A stretch of 64,000 nt of DNA from positions 546,048 through 610,047 of the forward strand of contig VAFM01000002.1 in NCBI GenBank assembly GCA_005768725.1, in the 5' to 3' direction. The notes below the pieces were generated by a model that searched no databases, was not told the DNA's origin, and saw only the letters and a list, made by a program, of their open reading frames with translations. How positions within the stretch are numbered: the first letter of the stretch is position 1; each line of letters begins with the position of its first letter. Below, one piece after another: positions 48,697 through 57,251 of the stretch. Both the position numbers and the translations under genes were made by a program. This DNA comes from Blastochloris viridis. Its GTDB lineage: Bacteria > Pseudomonadota > Alphaproteobacteria > UBA2136 > UBA6156.

Positions 48697-48715
48697 TCCA
48701 AGCGTAGTAGCATCC

Positions 48716-49036
48716 GTGACAAAACTCTTGCTACTGGTGGTGGCGGCACTCCTTCTGGGTGCCGCCACTGGCTATGCGCAGAGCGATGCCGGCGCGGTCG
48801 AGCTTGATCTCGTGCGGCGTATCTTCACGGGGAATATCGGCCTTTTCATCGGGCTGGCTATCACGATCATGGGCATCATCATGTTCGTGCAGGGCGATAC
48901 CGGTGGCGCGATCTTTACCGTCATTCTGGGCGTGCTTATCACCATGCTGCCGGGTGTCTATAATGGCCTCCGTTACATTGCCTGCCCGATCGCGGAGGGC
49001 TTTGGCGGGCATTGTGGAACTGAAACTTCGCAGTAG
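48716..49036 (+). CDS. TrbC/VirB2-family pilin-like protein (paralog 2); probable GTG start
   Basis: VTKLLLLVVAALLLGAATGYAQS signal, then …FTGNIGLFIGLAITIMGIIMFVQGDTGGAIFTVILGVLITMLPGVY…, same architecture as the upstream gene. Confidence 0.45.
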   Translation: MTKLLLLVVAALLLGAATGYAQSDAGAVELDLVRRIFTGNIGLFIGLAITIMGIIMFVQGDTGGAIFTVILGVLITMLPGVYNGLRYIACPIAEGFGGHCGTETSQ

Positions 49037-49048
49037 GACGTAACAGTC

Positions 49049-49315
49049 ATGCAGATGCGTCCGGTACCCCGTAATATCGATAAACCGAACCGCACCCCGG
49101 AATACGCGGTCACGTTCCTGTTTGCCTATTACATGACGCTGTTCCTGTTCAGTAAAGCCTTGGTAGCGCTGCTGGTAGGCGCTATAGCAACCTACATCAT
49201 GTACAAGGTCACATTGGATAAACCGGAAGGTCTGGCCATGCGTCTCGCCTACCGTCATGTCAAATTCGGCAAAATGCGCCCGAGCCCCAAGCACGCCCCC
49301 CGTCTCGAAATCTGA
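49049..49315 (+). CDS. small inner-membrane protein, TraL/VirB3-like by size and position
   Basis: 88 aa with one or two TM helices (VTFLFAYYMTLFLFSKALVALLVGAIATYIMY); directly follows the pilin genes as traL does in F-like operons. Confidence 0.35.
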   Translation: MQMRPVPRNIDKPNRTPEYAVTFLFAYYMTLFLFSKALVALLVGAIATYIMYKVTLDKPEGLAMRLAYRHVKFGKMRPSPKHAPRLEI

Positions 49316-49452
49316 TTGAGCATCGCGGCTCAAGCGCGGCTTTGGTGCCACACGCAAAGCGCAGGCGGGAGGGTTGCTGCCTGTTTTCGCAACAGCCTAC
49401 TCCCCAACGCCTTCAAAAGCAGCTAGTCTGACGCGCAAGGAGAAGACCAAGA

Positions 49453-50115
49453 ATGGATTTTGTCGCGCGTGCAGGTGCAATTGTCGACCGTGCCCACCGG
49501 GTGGCCGGTATTCTGTTGTTATGCGTGCTCGTGCTCTGTCTGGTCAGCATGTGCCAGCTGGTTGAGAATCAGAATCTCCAGGCGGAAATGAACGCCCAGC
49601 GTATCCGTTATCCGGTGATCGTGGTGCCGGACGCTACCACTGGGGTATACAGCCCGACCGAAGAAGATCGCCTGATCTACCTGTTTGCCGACTTCGTCAC
49701 CCAGTCGCTTAACTCTTACACGCCAGCCAATATTGGCCAGCTCTATCGTGGCCTGTACCCCTACATGGGGCCAGCCCTGCAAACCGACTCGCAGCCTTAC
49801 TTTGAGCGTAAGATCCGTGACTCGACCTCCGATCGCCGCTCGTCCTTCTTTGTGCCGGACCGCACGCAACTGCCGACCGTGAAGAAGCGCCGCGAAAACG
49901 GTGTGGAATTCCGTGATGTCGCCGTACGCGGCCAGATCAGCACCATCGTCGGCGGTACACTGGCCGAAGGCTCTCCGATGGAGATCCAGATGACTTTCCA
50001 GAAAGTCTTCGCCAGCCCGGTCAACCCCTACGGCTTCCTGCTGACCAAGTACTACGAGAAACTGCTGGTCGACCCGCTGCAAGCCCCCAAACTGCCGCCC
50101 GCCGCGGCCCGGTAA
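49453..50115 (+). CDS. bitopic membrane protein, TraE/VirB8-like by architecture
   Basis: RBS aaggag; N-terminal TM GILLLCVLVLCLVSM followed by a ~180-aa periplasmic domain; operon position after the TraL-like gene. Confidence 0.35.
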   Translation: MDFVARAGAIVDRAHRVAGILLLCVLVLCLVSMCQLVENQNLQAEMNAQRIRYPVIVVPDATTGVYSPTEEDRLIYLFADFVTQSLNSYTPANIGQLYRGLYPYMGPALQTDSQPYFERKIRDSTSDRRSSFFVPDRTQLPTVKKRRENGVEFRDVAVRGQISTIVGGTLAEGSPMEIQMTFQKVFASPVNPYGFLLTKYYEKLLVDPLQAPKLPPAAAR

Positions 50116-50136
50116 TTCTGTAAAGGAGATAACTCT

Positions 50137-50856
50137 ATGCGTATGCGCCTCACTCTTCTCACTTTGGCTTTGGTGGCACAGGTCGCCGGTGTCTGGGCCG
50201 ATACTCTGGTCTGGCGCAGCCCCACCAAGCCGCTGACCATCGGTCTCTCCACCGGCGACTATACGCAGGTGATGTTCCCGGAGCCGATCAAGGCCGTGAC
50301 GCTGGAAAACCCGAGCTATATCGATGGTAAACCGCTCGACGGCTATAACGGTCAGGCCATCATGTTCCAGTCCCTGCTGCCGAAGATGGCAACCCGCGGC
50401 TTCTTTGTCGGCCAGAGCGGTAATACGTATATTCTCATTCTGACCACCGACGTGCCGTACCGCACGTATATCGAAATTGTCGACGGCGTGGCGATGAAGC
50501 AGCTCAAGGAAACGGTCGCCTCCAAAATGGGGCCGCACGATCTCATCCGCGCCATGGCGCAGGATGTCGATGTGCCCGGCATCACTCGCGAAACCTACGT
50601 GGTTCCCAACTGGTTCCGTGGCAGCGGCATGACCTTCGACCTCTCCGAGATCTGGCAGTCGCCGACCATGACCGGTTTGGTCGTACACGTGCGGAATGAA
50701 AACCCGGTGCCGAACGAGGTCAACCTGCCCGCCATCGTCATCCCCAAAACTAGCGAATGGGGTAATCTGCGCTTTGCCAGCATGGAAAATCTGCGCCTTG
50801 CACCCGCTGGCCAGCCGAACGACAAGGGCGTGCTGCTGCTCGTCTTCCTGCGCTAG
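50137..50856 (+). CDS. periplasmic protein, TraK/VirB9-like by architecture and position
   Basis: RBS aaggag; signal peptide MRMRLTLLTLALVAQVAGVWA; 239 aa, secreted and soluble. Confidence 0.3.
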   Translation: MRMRLTLLTLALVAQVAGVWADTLVWRSPTKPLTIGLSTGDYTQVMFPEPIKAVTLENPSYIDGKPLDGYNGQAIMFQSLLPKMATRGFFVGQSGNTYILILTTDVPYRTYIEIVDGVAMKQLKETVASKMGPHDLIRAMAQDVDVPGITRETYVVPNWFRGSGMTFDLSEIWQSPTMTGLVVHVRNENPVPNEVNLPAIVIPKTSEWGNLRFASMENLRLAPAGQPNDKGVLLLVFLR

Positions 50857-50958
50857 TCGTTTTGACCGGAGTGCGGCGTGACAAAAACCCCGCGCTCCCT
50901 GCCGCTCTTGGCGGCTTTCCCCTTGGCAATCCGCCTTTTTCAGCCCTATATTCTCAGT

Positions 50959-51723
50959 ATGAACCTCTCTCGGGCCTTGTTGGCATGTATCTGTCTGTCT
51001 GCCGCCGTTATGGCGCAGCCGGTGCGTGCCGATTATGAGAACGACCCGTTCGACCCGCTGATCGCCCGTGACGCCTGGATGCTGATCGCTCAGGCCGAAC
51101 GCTCCAACGGTATTCCGGCAGGCCTGCTGCACGCCATGAGCCTGGTCGAAACTGGCAAGGGGATCCGTGGCTGGGTCTTGCCGTGGCCGTACACCATCGG
51201 CGTCAATGGCACCGGAGTACAAAAGTTTGCCACGCGTGAAGAGGCGATGACGGCGTTCACCCGTTACCGCAACCTGGGCTTCGTCCGTTTTAATGTCAGC
51301 GCGCTCGGTGTACGCCTCAGCAAGGCCAAACCCTTGGAAGTGGCCGCCGCACTGGGCAGTGTTCCGGCAGGTTCTCCGGTTACGCTGGAAGGCATCAATT
51401 ACGGCCGTCGCTTCAATAGCGAGCGTGAAGCCGCCGCATTTCTCCGCCGCATGTTCAGCGCAGGCTACCGCAATGTCGATGTCGGCATGATGCAGATCAA
51501 CTGGCGCGTCCACAGCCAGCACTTCAGCAGTATCGAAGAAGCCCTGAACCCCGACACCAACCTCAATTATGCCGTGCGCTACCTGTTGGAGCACCGTCAG
51601 ACCCGCGACTGGTGGGGTTCGGTCGGCCGTTACCACAGTGGCACCAGCCGCTATGCCAACAAATACATCCGCAGCGTGTACAACATGTACCTGCGCATTC
51701 ACCGGGTGAATACCTCCGCATGA
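50959..51723 (+). CDS. lytic transglycosylase (SLT domain; PilT of R64 / BfpH / VirB1-like)
   Basis: Signal peptide MNLSRALLACICLSAAVMAQPVRA; SLT motif GLLHAMSLVETGKG (catalytic Glu); ...DVGMMQINWRVH..YAVRYL. Confidence 0.85.
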   Translation: MNLSRALLACICLSAAVMAQPVRADYENDPFDPLIARDAWMLIAQAERSNGIPAGLLHAMSLVETGKGIRGWVLPWPYTIGVNGTGVQKFATREEAMTAFTRYRNLGFVRFNVSALGVRLSKAKPLEVAAALGSVPAGSPVTLEGINYGRRFNSEREAAAFLRRMFSAGYRNVDVGMMQINWRVHSQHFSSIEEALNPDTNLNYAVRYLLEHRQTRDWWGSVGRYHSGTSRYANKYIRSVYNMYLRIHRVNTSA

Positions 51724-53558
51724 GCAAACCGATGTCCTCCGGGCGTAGCTGGACGCCTTCGCAACAGCAGGTGCTGGCCTTCAATGGCAGCAGCCTGACC
51801 GTTGGTACGCCCGGCAGTGGCAAAACCTCGCTGCTGCTGGCGCAGGCCGAGCATCTGGCCAATCATGGCCACAAGGTGGCCGTCGCCACCTTCTCCTTCC
51901 GCAGCCATCAGTATCTCAAGGCCATCGCCACGCCGTCGCAGGCGGCTATCTGGAACCGCCTCGGTACCGGTACGCTGCGCGATCTGGCCATCCAGCAACT
52001 GCATATTGCGGGCCAGAGCTTCAGCTTCGCCAGCAACAATCAGGTGCGCGAGATCCTGCGCGGCCTGATCCCGGCCCAGGCCTTCCCCGGTACGCTGGAA
52101 GATGCCGAGCACATCATCCGTACCGCCAAGGCCCGTGCCAAAAAGCTGCCCGAAAGTGATCGTTATTACCCATTCGTCGAAGCCTATAAAGCGCGTCTGG
52201 AAGAACTTGGCCTGGCCGACCGCCATGACATCATCCGCCGCCACGTTATCGGCATGCGCGATGGCTCGGTGCCGCCGCTGCCCGTCACCCATCTGTTGCT
52301 GGATAACGTGCAGGATGCCACCGAACTCCAGCTTATCTGGCTGCAGATGCATCTGGCGCAGGGTATCACGCTCAAACTGACTGGCGACGATGACGTTACC
52401 GCCTTCGGTCAGGATGGCGCGCAAGGCCCTAAAGCGCTGGAAACGATTGAAAGCTGGGGCGAGATGACCCGCTTTAACCTGACCGAGACCCAGCGCATCG
52501 CACCGGTACTCGTACCGGCGGTCGACAAGATCGCGCGCCAGCTCCGCACCCGCGTTGCCAAAACGCTGGAGGCCGCCCCTGCGACGAAGGACTCTCTCCG
52601 TCAGAATGCCACCCTGCGCGTCGAGGTTTTTCCCAACGCGCCCGCCGAGCACGTCTTTCTGGCCGAAACCTGTCAGGAACTGCTGCGCAAGCTTCCACAG
52701 GGCCAGCGCACACCCGGCGCCGGCCACCAGATCGGCATTCTTACCCGCACCCACTTCGAGGCCGCTTGCATCACCCACGCGCTGCGCCGCCATGGCCTGA
52801 ATCCCGCAAGCTATGCCCGTCTTATCTGGGAAGAACGCACGCCCCAGATCATCCTCTCGCTGCTGTACCTGATGCTCGGGCAGGGCAACAACGGCCACCT
52901 GCATATGGTGCTGCTCGGCTTTGGTGTACCCGCCACCACCGTCGCGGCACTCTTCCAGGCGGGCCTGCGCGCCGAACAATGGGCGGCCCACGGGTTTACT
53001 GTTCCTGCCTTGCCAGACGAATCCCCGACAACCCTGGCTACGCTCCAGCAAGTCCGTCGTGCCATGCGTACGTCCCAACAACTTCTGCAGGCGCCACCGG
53101 CCGCCACCGGCATGGCCGATGCCGCACTCACGCCGCGTATGGTCTTCAAAGCACTGGTGTCTGAACTTCTGCCCCACCTGCCGGCCGACGAACACGCCTA
53201 CGCGCTACTGGCCACGGATATGCTGCTGAATCTGTCCGGCAAGCTCACCGAAGTATTGCCGCGCGTGCGGACGGAAACCCTGCCGGATATGGCTTCACCC
53301 ATCGTGGTGGCGCCGGTGCGCGAAACCCGCAACCAGCAGTTCGGTACCGTCATTCTGCCCTATGCCTCGGCGAACCACTGGCCCAAGCCGCCCTCCAAAC
53401 TGATGGGCACGGATGCCGACCACGAGCGCCGCCTGTTCTATCTGGCCATTACCCGGAGCGCCGGTTCGCTCATCTTTACCCGCCACCAGCCGGAAGCATC
53501 GCCGCTGGTGCAGGAGCTTCAGCAGAGCCTGAAGCAGCAGGCCCGCAAGGCTGCATAA
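51720..53558 (+). CDS. UvrD/Rep-family superfamily-1 helicase-like protein with degenerate motif II
   Basis: Motif I TVGTPGSGKTS; motif II LLDNVQDAT (canonical DEFQD, so the catalytic Glu is replaced by Asn); motif III LTGDDDVTAFGQDGA; motif VI YLAITRSAGSLIF. Start ATG overlaps the SLT stop (ATGA). Confidence 0.75.
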   Translation: MSKPMSSGRSWTPSQQQVLAFNGSSLTVGTPGSGKTSLLLAQAEHLANHGHKVAVATFSFRSHQYLKAIATPSQAAIWNRLGTGTLRDLAIQQLHIAGQSFSFASNNQVREILRGLIPAQAFPGTLEDAEHIIRTAKARAKKLPESDRYYPFVEAYKARLEELGLADRHDIIRRHVIGMRDGSVPPLPVTHLLLDNVQDATELQLIWLQMHLAQGITLKLTGDDDVTAFGQDGAQGPKALETIESWGEMTRFNLTETQRIAPVLVPAVDKIARQLRTRVAKTLEAAPATKDSLRQNATLRVEVFPNAPAEHVFLAETCQELLRKLPQGQRTPGAGHQIGILTRTHFEAACITHALRRHGLNPASYARLIWEERTPQIILSLLYLMLGQGNNGHLHMVLLGFGVPATTVAALFQAGLRAEQWAAHGFTVPALPDESPTTLATLQQVRRAMRTSQQLLQAPPAATGMADAALTPRMVFKALVSELLPHLPADEHAYALLATDMLLNLSGKLTEVLPRVRTETLPDMASPIVVAPVRETRNQQFGTVILPYASANHWPKPPSKLMGTDADHERRLFYLAITRSAGSLIFTRHQPEASPLVQELQQSLKQQARKAA

Positions 53559-53584
53559 AAGAACCGGCCTCCAGGCCGGTTCAG
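53559..53584. terminator. bidirectional terminator hairpin between convergent genes
   Basis: agaaccggcctccaggccggttc perfect hairpin. Confidence 0.6.
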
Positions 53585-53595
53585 AGTTTTGAGCG

Positions 53596-54147
53596 TTATT
53601 GGCACACGCTGCGACCACAGGTCGTCGTGTAAATGGGGTTACAGGTCTCACAACCGTCATGATATCCCGAAGAGCGGTACCCGGTTAAAACCGTACCAAA
53701 GCTGCTGTAACCTGCGGGGCACTGGCCAGAGGTTGTCGTGGTCGTCTCCAGACGGCAGTTGGCCGAAACCTGGCTGCTGGAGGTCGAACGGCAGCTGTCG
53801 CTGGCGCGAGAGTAGACCTGGTTGTTGTTGCCGCACGCGATGAACTTCTGCAGGATCGAATCATCATAGGCCGCCCCCTTACATCCAAGCGCATCGGCAC
53901 CCTGTTCGTTTTTACCGATATAGAGAAGACCGCGCTTACCGCATTCAATCGCTTCGGTCACACGCACATTCAGTCCTGCTATCCGCCCTTCTGCAGCCGT
54001 GGCGAGATTGGAGAGTGCCTGCCAGGAGGTTTGGTCTGTCTGCGCACCCGCTGCCGTGCGCTCCTGCGCAAGGGGAGCGGCGGAGGTCATGCTCAGGGCA
54101 CACAAGGAGAGGCACAGGGCGAGAAGGCGGGAAGAGGCGAAGATCAT
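53596..54147 (-). CDS. secreted cysteine-rich protein, paralog A (~184 aa, 10 Cys)
   Basis: Signal peptide MIFASSRLLALCLSLCALSMTSAAP; conserved FIACG, QCPAGY, HDGCETCNPIYTTTC; ends ...GRSVCQ. Confidence 0.65.
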   Translation of the reverse strand: MIFASSRLLALCLSLCALSMTSAAPLAQERTAAGAQTDQTSWQALSNLATAAEGRIAGLNVRVTEAIECGKRGLLYIGKNEQGADALGCKGAAYDDSILQKFIACGNNNQVYSRASDSCRSTSSSQVSANCRLETTTTTSGQCPAGYSSFGTVLTGYRSSGYHDGCETCNPIYTTTCGRSVCQ

Positions 54148-54170
54148 GGTAAGGCTCTTGATGTTGGTTG

Positions 54171-54737
54171 TTATTTGTACTCGCACACCATCGTGGCACA
54201 GGTCGTCGTGTAAATGGGGTTGCACGTTTCGCAACCGTCATGCCAACCGGAGGATTTGTAGCCCGCGAAAACGGTACCCATATTGTTATATCCGGCCGGG
54301 CAACGGTTGCCGTACGACATATTGCTGGTGATTGTGGTCGTTCGCATGGAGCATACCTGAACCTTTTCGATGGTGGAGAGGCAACGGTCCTGATTCATCG
54401 CATAGATCAGGCCTTGGTCACCGCAGGCGATGAACTTGTTCAGAATGGCGCTGGAGTAGGGCGCAGCAAGGCAGCCTTCCGCGTCGGCCCCGTTAATGCC
54501 TGGCGCATACATACGTCCCTTGGCGGCGCATTTGGACGACTGGTTCAGCCGGATGGACACGGTTTGTGCCGCCATCTGGGTTTTGTTGAGGGAATTGGCG
54601 ATACCGGACCATTTTGTTTCCGTCTCAAGAGACTCGGTCACGGCGCGTTCCTGGGCTGCGGCGGCAGGGAGGTAAACGCCACAGGCAAGGCCAGCAAGGC
54701 TTGCGACGCAGAAAAGGGTTTTCGTGAAGAGACTCAT
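54171..54737 (-). CDS. secreted cysteine-rich protein, paralog B (~189 aa, 10 Cys)
   Basis: Signal peptide MSLFTKTLFCVASLAGLACGVYLPAAAA; same conserved Cys spacing (FIACG, RCPAGY, HDGCETCNPIYTTTC); 23-nt gap to paralog A. Confidence 0.65.
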   Translation of the reverse strand: MSLFTKTLFCVASLAGLACGVYLPAAAAQERAVTESLETETKWSGIANSLNKTQMAAQTVSIRLNQSSKCAAKGRMYAPGINGADAEGCLAAPYSSAILNKFIACGDQGLIYAMNQDRCLSTIEKVQVCSMRTTTITSNMSYGNRCPAGYNNMGTVFAGYKSSGWHDGCETCNPIYTTTCATMVCEYK

Positions 54738-54850
54738 GTGTACCTTTATAGGGATGAGGGGTGGGGTGTCTGACATAGCGTCCGGAACGACGAGATATCA
54801 GGCTGCAAAACGATTACATCTCAAAGAAGACAAACCCGACACCAAATTCG

Positions 54851-54900
54851 CACACCCCCTGTCAGTTTTGAGAAGGGGGGTGCATCAAAAAACTGACACT
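54851..54900. promoter_or_regulatory. nested palindrome in the divergent promoter between the Cys-rich operon and the sigma-ParB fusion gene
   Basis: Outer perfect 10-bp inverted repeat TGTCAGTTTT(54860-54869)/AAAACTGACA(54889-54898); inner CCCCC/GGGGGG hairpin arms (54855-54859/54875-54880). Confidence 0.5.
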
Positions 54901-54955
54901 CGCAGAAATCCGTGCCATTCTAAGGGTAATAACAAGCCAGAAGGCATCGTCACGT

Positions 54956-57241
54956 ATGAGTAAAGCCACCAAAGCCACGGTCCGTAAACCTGCAGCTCCC
55001 GCCAAAACTGTTAAGGCCGCACCTGCCATCAAAGCGGTGGCCGAACCCAAGGCCAAAGCGCCCACCAAAGGCCAGCAGCGTCAGGTCGCCCGTAACGAGG
55101 CCGATGTCGCGGCCCTCAAGGCTGCCGACGAAGGTTTCAAGCTTGCCCGCGAGAATGCGGTGAAGTACCTGCACAGCCGCCGTCAGGCCATTTTCGCATT
55201 GGCCCGCCATTTCCACCTGGATGCCGACGACCTGCAGCAGGAAGCCTACGAAGTGCTGTTGACCTGCCTGCGCGATTTCAACCCGCTCTACACCAAGGCC
55301 GATGGCACCACCGTCAACGTCCAGTTCAACACCTTTTTCGGCAACCGTTTGGAAGGCAAGGCGCTGGAGCAGCGCAACCGTGACCCGGAATACCAGGCCC
55401 GTCAGGCCCACCTGCAGGACATGAGCGACGAGGAACGCACCGAATTCCGTAAAAACCCGCCCTTGCTGGTACAGCACCTCGACCAGGAAACCACCATGCA
55501 GGAAACCCTGCGCGGCGAGGTGGCCGCCGCCCAGCGCTCCCGCCAGACCAATATGGCACTGAAAGTAGTGCAGGATACCTTCATCGAACGCAAACTGAAC
55601 GACCTGATTGCCGCCGAACGCGACGACAAGCGCCGTGCCGCCCTGATGCACGTCAAGGTGGGTGGCGTCAGCAGCTTTGAAGAGATCGCCTACCACTTCG
55701 GGGTCACCGACAGTCGCGCCAGCCAGATCCTGAACGAACTGATGGATGCGTTCTACGTGCAGCGCCTGATTGATGGCGACCTGAAGAGCGTGATGTACGA
55801 CTTCCGCAAGCTCAGTCTGCAACCTAAACGCACCCAGCGCCTGCTGGAAGAGGCCATGCGCAATGCCCCTACACCCCGCGCCGCCGAGATTGCCAACCTG
55901 TTCATGGCCGAATACCCGGACCTGCGCGAGGTATTGGGCAGCCTGCCGAAACCCGGCCAGATTGCCGAAAAGACCGAAACCGACAGCGCCGAAGCGCCAG
56001 CGACTGCCAGCGGCAACGCGTTGCCGGCACAGCTGACGCCCGCCGAAGAGGACCAGTACCCGTTGCAGGCCGTGGAATGGCGCGAAATCGCAACCCTGAC
56101 CGCGCTGGGCGTCCAATTCCGCCCGACCTTGATGCAGGCACCGGAAGATATGGCGCATATCCGCCAGATTGCCGCCCATCCCGCCGAAACCTGGGCACCG
56201 CTGATCGTGACGCCGGAAGGCGGCGTGATTGATGGGGAGCGCCGCATTGCGGCCGCCCGCGCCAAGGGTATCACCCGTTTGCTCTGTCAGGTACGTACCA
56301 CGCCTAGTGCTGCGCTGGCCCGCCAGTTGCGTGTCTGCCTCAACAGCCGTGTCCGTCCGCTGGATAAACTGGAACTGTATTTCGCCATCGGTGCATTGTC
56401 CGAGCTGGGCCTGACCCAGGGCGTTATCGCCCAAGCGCTTGGTACCAGTCGCCCCAACGTTATCGTTTACGCCAAGGTGCGCGAAAAAGCTTCGCCGCGC
56501 CTGCGCCAGTTGTTCGAAGACGGACTGATTCAGATCACCAATGCTTCCAGCGCGGTCGATCTTCCGGTCCAGTCGCAGGATGAAATGGCCGACTTCATTC
56601 GCCAATACGGTGCCGGGTGGGGCCGTGGCCCGCAGTTTAACGAGCTGTACGCCGCTGCCGCCGAAGGTCAGATTGCCGCCCTTGTGCCGCCGCAGGTAGG
56701 TGGGCCGCAACCCAGCCATGCTGCCATTCTGCCACTCCCCAGCATTCCCGCCGCCACACTGGCATCCGCTCCGGTGCAGGGTGCCCAACTGGTAGCGCCT
56801 CCCGGTTCACTCTCTCCCACACTGGCAACCGCGCTTAAAAAGCGACAGGAGGCACTGGAAACCGCACTGCGCGACAGCGAGATCTGGGCCCGTCAGCGTG
56901 AGGCGACCATTACCAGCCAAACCAGCCAGATTCATGATCTGCGTCAACAGGTTGAGAGTTATAAACGCGAACTTGAAGCGCAAACTCTGCTGCAACATGG
57001 CGATGCGGCGACCATGGCCAATTATATGAAGGAACTCAAAGCCTTCTATGCGGTGCAGGAGCGTTTGGCCAGTGCCATCCACCAACTGGAAAAGACCCAC
57101 ACCGCGGTGCGCAGCCTGAACCTAACCCACCGTCAAACGGTTGAATTGGAACAGTTGTTGGAGAAAGTTGCCTCTCTGCAAACGGCTCTGCGCGTGCAAC
57201 TGGTAAAATCCCCCACCCCCACACCCGAAAATACGCGCTAA
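54956..57241 (+). CDS. fusion protein: Lys/Ala-rich histone-like tail + sigma-70-family (regions 2 and 4) domain + ParB-like N-domain with HTH + C-terminal coiled coil
   Basis: Residues 1-40 KATKATVRKPAAPAKTVKAAPAIKAVAEPKAKAPTKG. Sigma region 2 DLQQEAYEVLLTCLRDFNP...FNTFFGNRLEGKALEQ. Region-4 HTH VSSFEEIAYHFGVTDSRASQILNELMD. ParB motif LIVTPEGGVIDGERRIAAARAKGITRL with HTH LTQGVIAQALGTSRPNV. Heptad-rich C-terminus. Confidence 0.65.
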   Translation: MSKATKATVRKPAAPAKTVKAAPAIKAVAEPKAKAPTKGQQRQVARNEADVAALKAADEGFKLARENAVKYLHSRRQAIFALARHFHLDADDLQQEAYEVLLTCLRDFNPLYTKADGTTVNVQFNTFFGNRLEGKALEQRNRDPEYQARQAHLQDMSDEERTEFRKNPPLLVQHLDQETTMQETLRGEVAAAQRSRQTNMALKVVQDTFIERKLNDLIAAERDDKRRAALMHVKVGGVSSFEEIAYHFGVTDSRASQILNELMDAFYVQRLIDGDLKSVMYDFRKLSLQPKRTQRLLEEAMRNAPTPRAAEIANLFMAEYPDLREVLGSLPKPGQIAEKTETDSAEAPATASGNALPAQLTPAEEDQYPLQAVEWREIATLTALGVQFRPTLMQAPEDMAHIRQIAAHPAETWAPLIVTPEGGVIDGERRIAAARAKGITRLLCQVRTTPSAALARQLRVCLNSRVRPLDKLELYFAIGALSELGLTQGVIAQALGTSRPNVIVYAKVREKASPRLRQLFEDGLIQITNASSAVDLPVQSQDEMADFIRQYGAGWGRGPQFNELYAAAAEGQIAALVPPQVGGPQPSHAAILPLPSIPAATLASAPVQGAQLVAPPGSLSPTLATALKKRQEALETALRDSEIWARQREATITSQTSQIHDLRQQVESYKRELEAQTLLQHGDAATMANYMKELKAFYAVQERLASAIHQLEKTHTAVRSLNLTHRQTVELEQLLEKVASLQTALRVQLVKSPTPTPENTR

Positions 57242-57251
57242 CCCTTGCATA

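Noticed and set aside
49519-51702. 727-aa minus-strand ORF covering the TraE/TraK/SLT region
   Set aside because: It overlaps three + strand genes with RBSs, signal peptides and an SLT catalytic motif; its composition is Gly/Arg/His-rich. Judged a spurious antisense ORF.
51612-51719. Upstream extension of the helicase ORF overlapping the SLT gene
   Set aside because: The internal ATG at 51720 overlaps the SLT stop (ATGA) and starts directly with MSKPMSS followed by the Walker A region. The extension would overlap 110 nt of SLT coding sequence in another frame.
54950-56788. 612-aa minus-strand ORF antisense to the sigma-ParB fusion gene
   Set aside because: The + strand frame has recognisable sigma-70 and ParB motifs and coherent domain order; the antisense translation is low-complexity (G/A/R-rich).
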